From assembly GCF_009914755.1 (NCBI RefSeq), contig NC_060947.1: 64,000 nt of DNA. One strand, given 5' to 3'. Positions 42,821-56,345 of the stretch are shown here, piece by piece; position 1 is the stretch's first letter; each line of letters begins with the position of its first letter. This DNA comes from the human T2T-CHM13v2.0 reference genome, Homo sapiens. The notes under the pieces were generated by a model, which saw only the letters and a program-made list of their open reading frames with translations, searched no databases and had not been told where the DNA came from. The translations under genes were made by a program, and so were the position numbers.

Positions 42821-44061
42821 CAAGTTTGTGTCATAATCCCAAAAGACACAATCCTGAATGCTATAATCCCAAATGTTGAAATCCCAAAGATCAAAATCCC
42901 TAAAGTCTAAATCCCTAGAGTCTAAAATCTTTAACATCTAAAATCCTGAAAATCACAATACTGAAAGATTAAAATCCCGAATGTTGAAATCCTGAAAACT
43001 GAATTCTGGGGAAGTGTGTTTTTGGTCGCAGATGGGATGGTTGTGCCATGTTAGTTGCATCATGTGAAGTGGAACTATTTCCTTGTTATTGTCTTTATTT
43101 AGAAATTAAGTATGGTTTAAGAAGATGCATAACGGGTGCCAAGTTGACAAGGGGTGGACTTGCGGACTTAATTTTAGGTTCAATTGGACTGGATTAAGGA
43201 ATACCTAGAAACCCGGTAATGTATTATTTTAGGTGTGTCTGTGAGGGTGTTTCCAAAGGAGATTCATGTATGAGTCCCAGTGGATAAGCTAGGGAAGATC
43301 TGCCCTCAATGTGGGCTGGCACCATCCCATAGGCTAGAGGCTGGGAGAGAACAAACAGAGAATGCAAATTGGTCTCTCTCTGAGAGCTGGGGCAGACTTT
43401 TCTTCTGTTGCGTTGGACATCAGAAATTTGATTCCATGAACGTGTATTATCACAATGTTGACTTTCTGTGTAAGCATTGTGTGTGTATGTAAAAATGTGA
43501 AAACCTCCTCAGTGAATGAAGAGATGTCTTTTTGTACACCCGCATTTGTGAAAGATAAAATTTCTCAAGATCTTGGCTCTTTGGATGACTGCATATACGG
43601 TGGTCACCTATGGTGGTTTTTTATCTATCTTGTCAAAAGACTTTTGTTGTTCATCAAGGTATTTCAGATGACTACAGTTATAAAGCTGGATGCACACAAT
43701 TACCAACCATAGTGATATGTCTTTATACATTTTCCTTTTGACCTATTTCTTTGCGAATACAGTTCAACTACTTATAACTGTCATACAAGTGTGACTGTCA
43801 CTAGTATATACTAAGTGTTTATCCTTACAAAACTATGTATGTTATTATTGTCTATTTTATTATGTAAAGTGACCTTTGGAATGTTCTGTTGTGTTTTATG
43901 TTTCTCAAACAACTATCCTTTTAAAAATGTAAGTAAATATCTTTTAAATAATTTTTAAAATTACTTTTTCCAGAATATTTTTGGGATTTTGATCTTTCAG
44001 GATTTCAACATTTAGAATTATGGGATTCAGGATTATTTATTTCAGGATTATTACCAGCTCC
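42821..44061 (+). mobile_element. Ricksha-type MULE/MuDR DNA transposon carrying an ERVL/MLT2 fragment
   Basis: Subterminal aatccc/aatcct repeats on the left mirrored by gggatt/aggatt on the right; 9-bp direct repeat ctagtgagg at 42812-42820 and 44062-44070; internal ERVL 3' end with a PPT-like aaggggtggac followed by MLT2-like LTR sequence (~43160-43425). Confidence 0.82.
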
Positions 44062-44095
44062 CTAGTGAGGTATAATGTCTTAAAAAACAAGAGGA

Positions 44096-44520
<425 letters not shown>

Positions 44521-45043
44521 TTAGGCAGCCATTAGTAGCTTGAAAGAGGGCTGTTTGCCTGGAGTAGACTCAGTTGAGACTATAATAGGTTGAAGGGTAA
44601 GTGGTTGGTGATGAAGACTAGACAATACCCAGGAACTTGGGGGTAATGCAATTGAAGAGGTTAGAGTTATTAAAGTAAATGAAGTGATTTTGTTTAAATT
44701 CATTGTTATAACGGAGGAGAATTCAATATTGTTTATAGAAGAAAAATAGAAACCCTAGGAAAGGGATAGATTAAAGAAAGAGAGTTGATAATTGCTCTTA
44801 GCTAATTTTCCCATTACTATTTTCCCTTGAGCATGCTTATCAGGTCTTCTATTTACATTTAATTAGACTTTAAACCAAGTAAAAGCCCTATGATCTGCCT
44901 CACTGGGACATTCAGGCAGCTATAAAGGACTTGATAGTTTAATATAGCCTGATGTTATCCCACGATGTTCTTTTTCTATGTGTATGTCTTGTCACCTACA
45001 CAGTATAAGACAAGTCTATACTCCAAGTATATTACTGTATACT

Positions 45044-45365
45044 GTTTTTTCTTTCTTTTTCTTTTCTTTTTCTCTTTTTTTTTTTGACAAGGTCTAGCTC
45101 TATTGCTCAGGCTGTAGTGCAGTGGCATGATCTCAGCTCACCTGCAACCTCCAACTCCTGGGCTCAAGCCATCCTCCCACCTCAGCCTCCCAGTAGATAG
45201 GACTATAGGCGTGCACCACCATGCCCAGCTAATTTTTGTATTTTTTGTAGAGACGGAGTTTCACTATGTTGCCTAGGCTGGTCTTGAACTCATGAGCTCA
45301 AGCAATCCACCTACCTCGGCCTCCCAAACTGCTGGGATTACAGGCATGAGCCACTGCACCCAGCC
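45044..45365 (-). mobile_element. AluJ, followed by a plus-strand Alu fragment at ~45390-45480
   Basis: Antisense dimer with a T-rich tail; adjacent sense fragment tgtggtgtgtgcctatagtcccagctactcaggaggctgagg. Confidence 0.9.
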
Positions 45366-45835
45366 ATACTTTTAAGATTATTCTAACAGGGAGCTGTGGT
45401 GTGTGCCTATAGTCCCAGCTACTCAGGAGGCTGAGGCAGGTGGATTGCTTGAGGCTGTGGTGTACCATAATTGCACCTGTGGTAAAATTATGAAATAATC
45501 CATATAATTCAGGCAAATAAAAACCAATATTAATAATTGAGGTCAATCAGTTTTTTCTATTAATGAGATAATAAGGGAAACAGTATACTTTACTCCAGTC
45601 ATATGGCTTGATTATGAGCTTACAGAATATAGGAGCATATTTATTGAAGACTCCAAACTATGCTTAAAAATTAAAAGATTGTTGGCACTTAGAGTCAACA
45701 CAATTCCCCTCATGCCTGAACAAACATTAGAAAATGACTGTTTTTGTAAAACCAATTTTCTTAAACTAGGGGTACTTTTTTCATGCCATAGTTTGGCAGT
45801 CTAGTGAAGCCTATGGACTCCTTTTTAGAATACTA

Positions 45836-46010
45836 TTTTTTTTTTCCTTTTGAGACAGGGTTTCACTCTGCTGCCCAGGGTGGAGTACAGTGGCTATTCA
45901 CAGGCACGATGATGGTGCGTCACAGCCTCAAACTTCTGTTCTCAAGCAATCCTCCTGCCTCAGCCTCCTCCTAAGTAGCTGGGACTACAGGCACACACCA
46001 CAGCACCCTG
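45836..46010 (-). mobile_element. FAM (fossil Alu monomer) inserted in a hAT-Charlie-type element (~45770-46150)
   Basis: Monomer retaining the 7SL-like segment cagtggctattcacagg. Confidence 0.8.
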
Positions 46011-46307
46011 CTAGTTTTAGAAGTATACAATAAAATACATAGGATTACAATGGAAACTGATTACACTGAAATACAATCATTAAAATGTATAATAAAACAA
46101 TTTTTGAAATGGTTATATATTTGCTTCTTTAGTAACACTTTAGATAATAACATCTATTATCCCCTCCTCTATCTTAAAATATATTTGAATTTCACCTATA
46201 AATAATGTAAATATATTATCATCTATGGATTATCTATTTACAGTCATTTGATGATTTACTTAATAGTGTACTCATACATTTCTATCAGTATCCTTAGTCA
46301 TCCCAAG

Positions 46308-46365
46308 ATATATATATATATATATTATATATTTATATACACACATACACACACGTATATTATAT
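46308..46365. repeat. (TA)n/(CA)n low-complexity microsatellite
   Basis: Seen directly. Confidence 0.85.
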
Positions 46366-49300
46366 GTTGTGATTTTTCATAGCTAGCTGATATAGGATAT
46401 TTGCTAGCAGGTAAAGTAGAAGAGTACTTTAAGGATTTATAGAGACACAGCCCCAGATAATGCAAATATTCCTCTTGGTCTTTAGAACTGGAAGAGATCG
46501 TCTCCATCGCTGAACTCCCTTAACATAATATTCATATTTTGATGACTACTATACGACTGAAAATCACAGCAGAAAGGACCAACCTGGGCATGTTACAACT
46601 TTAAAGAAAGAAGTTGATATTTCAATCAGACCTTGATTTGAGTGCAGCTAAAGGCAGTTTACCTATGCTCTCTGCAGAAGGAACAATAGAAATGTTTTCT
46701 CTCCTTACCCTCCTCCCAACCCAAATAAGTATCCCCCTAGGCTTTTGACTTTAAGTATGCTTGATTGTATTAGACCTTTTCCTGAAAGCTCATTTGGAGG
46801 GGGCAAAGTGTGAAGAAAACATAAGGATCTGACTACTTCGGGATATATGTTTTTTCCTAGATATATTGGCTGATGGTGAGATTTGTATCTTTCTAGACAT
46901 TTCGCTAACACGATGCAAGTACATGTAGATAATAACTTATCATTAAGCATCCTATCTTCTAAGGAACATAATGACCACCATTGTCTGAGAAAGCAAATTC
47001 CTAGAGAGTTAGGAACTATGTTTAAATAAATCTTTGCATGCTGTGCGTGGCCTAGCACAGCCCCTTAGATAGTTAGGCGCCTAACAGCCAAAGACATGGA
47101 TGTTCTGAGATCCTAGATTCTATTTTATGCAGATAAATTGTGCAAATATTTCACCTGAATGAAGATCATTACTCCTTTAAAGTAAATTTAATGGAAGCTC
47201 ATTCTTTAACATGGATTTTAACATTTAGTTTTCCTTTACTTTATATAGATGTGCTTTGTAAACTCAGGAAAAGAAAGAGCCCAAAAGCCCCTAAATGACC
47301 CAATCTTTAAATGCTTGCCAATATTATTGGCAGCTTAATTCTCACAGTAAAGAGACTTTCTCATAGCAAAACACAACATAGTTCCTGCCAATCTATTTTT
47401 AATAGCTATTTTCGTTAATATTAGTCAAACATGGCACAGAGAATTTAAATGTTTAAAACAATCCAAAGGGTGAAAAACACACAAACTCATGAGGATAAAC
47501 TGGAATTGAGTGTAGAATACGAGAACCAGCCCGTATAGATAAGAATCCCGTGCAAAGAGTGTAAAAGAAAAACAAAACAACCCTTCAGAAAAGTCATCTT
47601 CTGATAACTTATTCTGTGACTGTCTTTATATTTGTCATTTTCCCCAAAACTGAAAAAAAGTAGCTTTACAATGTCAAAGATATTTTGCATAAGTAAACAA
47701 CAAGTGAAGGAAGTGGCTGTGTACTTAAATAAGTCAAAAAATAAAGTATTATCTGTGGAACTCAAGGTCAATTTTAGACTTACCATGGTCAATCATACTG
47801 ACATAGCAGGTGACATAAAACAATGAGACAGAGTCTAAAACTCATACACCAAAGCAGTGCTTAATTTTGGAGACTCATTTCAATACTTGAAAGAATTGCA
47901 AGCATTAAAGTGGTTTTTAAAGGTATTAAGTGACAGGATGCAGTGTTTGTGAAGTCTTCAGCTATCTGGAATGATCTGTAGTGTTTTTCCCAAAAGTACA
48001 CTGAATAAAATCAGCCAGAGTCTAAAAATAAAAGTTTTGCTTGAGGGTATTCTGCCCATGCATGACACTTTTACAAGTGGCAAGATTCCTGGATGAATTG
48101 TTAACTAATCAAATCTTGGCATTTTCAATTAATGTAGTTATTGAGCCTCAAGGTAATACATAACTAAACTTGTATATTGAAGGAATAAGATGGAGAAGTA
48201 CACAGAGTCTTAGATCAATATCTTTGCTTACGAAGTCCAGAATTTACTTACATAGGAACTGATATTGAGTTAAGGGGTCACAAGATGTTGGTATTCAAGT
48301 TTTCTGGCATCTTCCTCTCTTTACAAGAAAAATAGCTTCACTCTGGTATTTTCTTAAAGACATCATATGCCAAGATAAAATAATCCATTTTTTCATAAAC
48401 ACATTGGGTGATTTATTAGGTTGAATTACGTATGGCCCTATAATAGTATTTAAAAATATTTAAAATATTAAAAAGCAGAGCCAATCAGTTAAAATGATCA
48501 AAACCCACAAGATAAATATTTGGAATATATATTCATCTCTCATCTATATAGGGAATGGCTTTGGGTATCATTAAGAATTTTTAAAAAAAATACAGCAGTG
48601 AAATAGTACTCAACAATTGAACAACTTCGTATTCAAACTCAACAGTTTTTATTTCTGCCAGCTTAAGTAGCTAGTGAAACTGGAAAACTGCAGCATCTTT
48701 GATTATTTGGGTCACTCCATCTTTGTGAAATTATCCTAGTAATTCCACTGGAGATTTCAATACTTTCTGGGACCCATTAAACTTTTCTTGACCAAAAGTC
48801 TTCAGAAATTTCTTTACCTGCAGTCCCTAGTTGATTTGATAGATGACATCTAAACAGCCTATGAAATGTTAACTTTGATTTTTTTTTCTATTATAACAGC
48901 TTTATCTTTTAACTTTCTGGTGATGCAGAAACGAGTAACACGACACATCAGACAGAAATTGAACATCACCTAGTGGTATCAGTTCAATTCAGGTAGTTAA
49001 AGAATCCAGATGTTGTCACCTGGTACTGTCAAACGACTCTAAGCATGTACTTAAGTTTCATTTCCATAGCATCTGCGGCACTTTGAAGTTCCACTCCTTG
49101 TGCTCTCCTCCCACTCTCAAACTAGTGTGCCAATTCAAGTTCTTGAAGACCAGGGAAAATTATGTTTCTTCTGCCGTGGAGATTGATGCTAGTCATCTTA
49201 AGTCGTCTGGGGAAGAGGCTCAGAAATGTGTGCATCTTGTGTCTTCCACTTTTATTTTCCCAACCCGTTACGAAGTTTTGGAAGATATCTTGGTCCCAAA

Positions 49301-49483
49301 AACACTGACTTGACACTGTGCTATTCCTCTCAAGAATCTCATTAACTCCCATTAGAAAGGGGAGTGGTGTGGACTCCGTCTCGTGGTGAAACTCTCTGCA
49401 ACCCCCTAACATAAATACTAGAGATGGGGATGGTTAGAGGGTCAAAGGAGGGGGACGGAAAAGGGTCGTGAGAAGAGACTCAC

Positions 49484-49535
49484 CGCTGCTGCCAGTTCCT
49501 CGGTCAGGCACAACGTAACCAGGAGCAGCCACAAC
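49484..49535 (-). CDS. COL4A6: Collagen alpha-6(IV) chain, shared exon 2 (1 nt + LWLLLVTLCLTEELAAA)
   Basis: Acceptor tactcaccctccctcccatttcag|G (branch-like TACTCAC plus pyrimidine tract), a 52-nt exon encoding the hydrophobic signal peptide core, and donor GCG|gtgagt. Confidence 0.96.
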
Positions 49536-49727
49536 CTGAAATGGGAGGGAGGGTGAGTAATGGGCTCTCTAGGCTTCGGGGTCGTGCGTCTGCCTGTCGC
49601 CCCCCGAACCCTTTTGGATGCCTGCTCCCAATTTCTCTGCAGTGACAGAAGTACCAGTATAGTCCCGGCCTGGCAAAGTAACCCGAAGTAAGAAAGAGGA
49701 GGGGAGCTCGGGGCAGCAACAGCTCAC

Positions 49728-49738
49728 CCAGGGTGCAT
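49728..49738 (-). CDS. COL4A6: Collagen alpha-6(IV) chain, second alternative first exon, coding part (ATG CAC CCT GG = MHP-G)
   Basis: Minus strand reads ccgcaagcATGCACCCTGG|gtgagc. This 11 nt is in the same phase as the other first exon and gives MHPGLWLLLVTLCLTEELAAA, the recalled isoform B N-terminus. The intron to exon 2 is 192 nt. Confidence 0.94.
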
Positions 49739-50150
49739 GCTTGCGGCTCCTCCGGAGCTGGGTCCCGGGAGACTGCTAAGCGGCTCCGCGGCCCGTGCTC
49801 ATCTGGGCTCTGCTGATGCTTGGAGGCTGTTTCCTTACTCAGAACAGAGTAGGTGGACGAAGTGGCCCAGTTTGGAAGAAACTAAACACTGCTTCTAGAT
49901 AAGAAGTGCTCCAAAGGGAAACAGGCTCAGCGGTGCCCGTTACAACTTGCAGCACTCAGGAGATAGTTCCATGCAGCAGGAGAGGAAAGAATGGAGGGGA
50001 AAGGGGCGGGGCTGTCTGCTGTCAATCATCCCCCCTACCTTGGGCAGCCGGTAGTCTTTCTCACTTTCAGGCACCTTTCCACACAACAGCCCTAAGTATC
50101 TCCACAGCTTCACACACAGCCCCTTAGAGACCTATACGCTAAGACCTAAG
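49739..50150 (-). promoter_or_regulatory. CpG-rich 5' UTR and second promoter of COL4A6 (MHPG isoform)
   Basis: CpG-dense stretch 49450-49810 and a GC box GGGGCGGGG near 50003, upstream of the second first exon on the minus strand. Confidence 0.7.
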
Positions 50151-50899
50151 CAACTGTGCATCATATACTTTCAACTTTACTGTTAGGTTACACATAAAGA
50201 GACATAGGCATACTATTCCCACATAAGACAGATGGGCCCGAAAGTGCCCTTGCACACATGCCCAAATGCATACAACACTGATTCAAATTGATAGTACACT
50301 AGGCTATTGGGAAGGGGAGACAGTTTCTGGAGTTGTAAATCCACTCTGAGCTAAGCAGAACCTAAGGATGAGTGGGCCCTCGTGAAATAGATCCAAAACC
50401 TTGAAAGACTCTAAAGTGGTTAATTCTAGGAAGATAGAAATGTTGTGAAGAATTCTTCATCAAATTCTTGAAGATTCTCCAAGGAGTCCGCAGAAAGTAT
50501 TTTCTAGTTCTTTTGTTACTTTAAAAAAAATCTATATATCAGAATTATCAAAGGAACATTCAAGTCTTTATATGGGAGATATCGATTCAGCTGCCATCAA
50601 CTCTATTTAAATATTTCCAATTAAGTGTTTATATTAATTCTAAGAAACACTGCACTAAATTTATTTAATTCCCTGCCCTAAATCTTTCTGAAACACAACT
50701 ACAATGAGAGTCAATACCTTTTACATTAGCTCAATATAGGAGGCATTAATTATAGGATTCAATGCAGCTAAACAGAGATATAGCTGTATTATAATAACAT
50801 AATACCATAGAATAATTACCAATACCTGCTGAATGCTCCCAGATCTTATACGTATATAACACACATAAAGTATTCACGCACATATACTTATTTTCTTAC

Positions 50900-50913
50900 T
50901 TGTTTATAAGCAT
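50900..50913 (-). CDS. COL4A6: Collagen alpha-6(IV) chain, alternative first exon nearest COL4A5, coding part (ATG CTT ATA AAC AA = MLIN-K)
   Basis: Minus strand reads ATGCTTATAAACAA|gtaaga. This 14 nt joins exon 2 in phase to give MLINKLWLLLVTLCLTEELAAA, the recalled isoform A N-terminus. Confidence 0.93.
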
Positions 50914-50949
50914 ATACTTTATTTATTCCCAATATTTTCACATCTTCTG

Positions 50950-51850
<901 letters not shown>

Positions 51851-54304
51851 TAGGGAATTCAAATTTGCTTTCTCATGTTTAGGAAGAAACGTTATTTGCA
51901 ACACCGGTAACTCAAGCCTTCTGAAGTCCAACGGAGAGGTTTAAGTGCTTAAAAATAGGGCTGCTTGCTTCCCTGCAGCTAGCTCCTCCGGGGGCAAGAG
52001 CAAAGTCAGAAGTGGGGGACGCTAATTAAAGGCTCACTAGGCTGTGGTGGGTATTTAAAACTTTTCCTCCCCTCCCTCCACCGTCGGGTGTTTCCCTGCC
52101 TGGCGACTAACCTTTTCACTACTTGTACCCAGCCCACTCTTTGAATTTTGTCTGTAGTTTAATATTTTGGCTCTTCGAAAATCCAGCTTCCATCAAAGTG
52201 TTTTTAGCGCCTCAGTGAAGTTCGTCCCCTTTGCTCTTTCCTTAAGCAACAGGAACCTACCCCCACCTCAGGTCATTCAAGCCACTGACCTCCTTTTCCC
52301 TTTTGACATCCTTGTTACAAATGAAATGCTAAGGCAACATACCAAGAAGAGTGAGGTAAAGTCTCAGGCTTCAGGTCTTTTGCGTCTTTTTGTTGTTGTT
52401 GTTTTTTCTAAATTATGGGTTTTTTTGTTTGTTTACTTTTTTTTAAACCTACCAAGGCATCTGAACAAATTGAGAATTTGCCCATCACCTATTCAAAGGA
52501 AAATACTCCTTTTTCAAAGGAGAATCAGTGTTCCAGTTTAAAGGAAAGTGGGGGAGGAGGTACATGTGAAATAGCAGCAAAAAGCTCCATTCAGTTTTAG
52601 GAATGTAGAATTCAAACCTCAGTATATCTCTTAGAAGGGTATCTGGGTAGTCCCACCCACTGTCCTATTGGGGATGAGGGCCAGATGTTAAAAAAATGAA
52701 TGGCTTTGTGAGAGAAAATGTTCTCCAGCCTGAAGCCCATCATCTTTAATTTCATATAACCTCTGAAGAATAAGTGTGTGACAAATTATTTAAATTTATT
52801 TGAGTGATCATTATGGATAGTTTTAAAAACTGTTTAATATGAGATCATGGCTTAGGCCTTCACATGGTTGAGTGACCGTCAATTCTTTGTAAGCAGCTGC
52901 TATGTTACAGCTCATCTGGGTCCACTTTTAAGTTAGCTGTCTAGCTTCCCTATAGCACTTAGCATGCCTCAAATCACATGTCCTCTTTCTATCCTTCTGA
53001 AGGTGTGTACCCGGTGTATGAAAACTAACTTTCATATTACTCTGAGCACAACATAATTATAATAGCAAATTTGCTGAAAAACCATGCATATCAAATATTT
53101 TTACTATGCATGCCATAATTTTCTTCCATCAAAGTAGACAAATGATTTAAAAATGCTTTTTTGATGCAGAGCATCTTAATGGGGGTAAGGTTTAGCCAGT
53201 CAATAGGGCTACAGACTTGGATAAAACTGCAATTGTGCTGTTGAAAATAGTTCATTTTAAAAACATCTTCTTGGTGCCCTCTGTTTCTGGCATTTGGCCC
53301 AGGGACAAAGATTTTGTAGATGTTTGATTAAATATATATATGTTTTTTGATGTTACTTTTAACAAATTTGCACCAGATGACAACTATACAGGTATGTATA
53401 GCAACACTACACATCAATTAATATTAAATCAATTTATGTTAACAATGAGGTTTCTTTTTATTGACAAAACTTGAGAGCAAGCTTGTTTTCTTGGATTCTT
53501 AAACTAATGAGTATTCATGAAGTCATTACAGCTCTTTCCCTTTTCCTCCTATATAATTTTTAAAGAACATTTTATATCCCCTTTTCCTATCATTAGGATA
53601 TTGTGCCTCTATTAAAACCAAGGGTTTGTTTTTCCTGGTTCATACATAAATATTTTAATAGGCTCAAAAATATGAATGATATCGGCTCTGCATACTTGTG
53701 CTGGAGATATCGGTGACCATTTCTAGAGTAAAACTGGTTGGTGGTAGGGCTAGTCTTTGACTGGAGTAGTTTAGTATTGGGGTTTTTATATCAAAAAAGT
53801 GTTGCTATTTAAAGTGCTTTACTCTTTTATAGGTAAATGATTTCTTTATCTCTGAAATCATGCCAAATTGGTACATCACAAATATGTGGAAGATCTTTTT
53901 TTTAGGTAGAGCATTCATTAGGTGGAATAAAGTAACCTCTATGCCAAAAGGTTAGTAATAAGAGAAGACAGTTTTAAGTTGGAAATATAATTTTTAGTGA
54001 TGGAAATAACATTTTTATGTGAAGGTAATTATACCTGTACTGATTCACTGTCAGTGGGATATGCACTTAGATTTGTGGATGTGGGTAGTATGTAAAATTA
54101 TGTTAGTTTTATTTTACATAGTTAGTAAGTTGTTTTCTGTGCAGTAGATTGGATATTTTTGTCTACTTTAAACGTACTATCTTCCTTGTGACCAGCGGCA
54201 CGAATTTATCAAGGGTAGGAGTGTTGTTTGTAGCCATGAAACACTTCATCCTCTATGAAGTATATTGCTCCATAGGAAAAACTTGTCATCATTGTCATCA
54301 TTAT

Positions 54305-54570
54305 TAATGTAGATAACATAATGAGTGTTTACTATGTGCCAGGCACTGTGCTAATATGATAATACATATTATCATATTTAATCTTCAGAACAGACTTATG
54401 AGACATATACCGTTATTATCCTCACTTTACAGATGAGAAAACTACAAATTACAGACGTTGAATACATTCCCAGAAATCCAGTCATGTAGGCAGTAACTTG
54501 TGAAGCTGGAAAATTTGAATCCAGGCAGTTTGACTCTAGAATCTTTGCCCTTAATGACTGTCCTATACTG
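54305..54570 (-). mobile_element. MIR
   Basis: gagtgtttactatgtgccaggcactgtgcta...ctcactttacagatgagaaaact...atttgaatccaggcagtttgactctaga. Confidence 0.85.
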
Positions 54571-55239
54571 CCTACTTTGTATGTGGTCTATAGAGATTTA
54601 CTGGTGTGTAAAGTATTTGGATCTCTGCCACTTTTTTTGGACACAGGAGGTGAAATGGAAATGATAATGGGGGTTACATGTCTTCCTGCTGATGTTAGGA
54701 GAAGCAGCATGGTGTAATGGAAATAGCTTTGGGCCTAGAATAAAAAGATCAGAGTTTGACCTCTGTATCTGTATCTAGAGTGAGATTATTTAAAAGCAAT
54801 CTAAAAGCAAATGCTGTTGAAGGTTTTATGATTTTATGTAATCACAATATGTAAACATTTCAACTTATATAACTACTATAATTTGTGACAGATGATTTGT
54901 TTTGAAGGAAGATTTGCCTTATGATTATTTAATTACTCAGTTACTGCATTAATTTTAAGTCCACCAAACTTTTCAGGAGCATGTCTATTGTGAAACAACC
55001 GGGTATGTGTGTATGGTAACACACTTTACTTAACATGCTTAATTTAGTTTTGTTCTTTTTTTGTACTAATTTGCCTACCTATCATATCCAATTTTATTCA
55101 CAAACTATATAGATATATATCTTTAGTCTTATGCATATATCTATATATGTATCTGTCCCATGGCAGTGTAAGAGTTTGTATTTTTTCATGTGTTTTTATT
55201 TACCTTTTGATGTCTATACATGTAAGACATGAGACTCTT

Positions 55240-56345
<1,106 letters not shown>

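Noticed and set aside
42832-43000. Periodic aatccc-type repeats resembling an array
   Set aside because: Degenerate subterminal repeats of the Ricksha-type element. There are no identical repeats with unique spacers, so this is not CRISPR-like or telomeric.
47056-50128. 14-mer cacagccccttaga occurring twice near the promoter
   Set aside because: A few exact 14-mer matches are expected by chance in a window this size, and the match does not extend.
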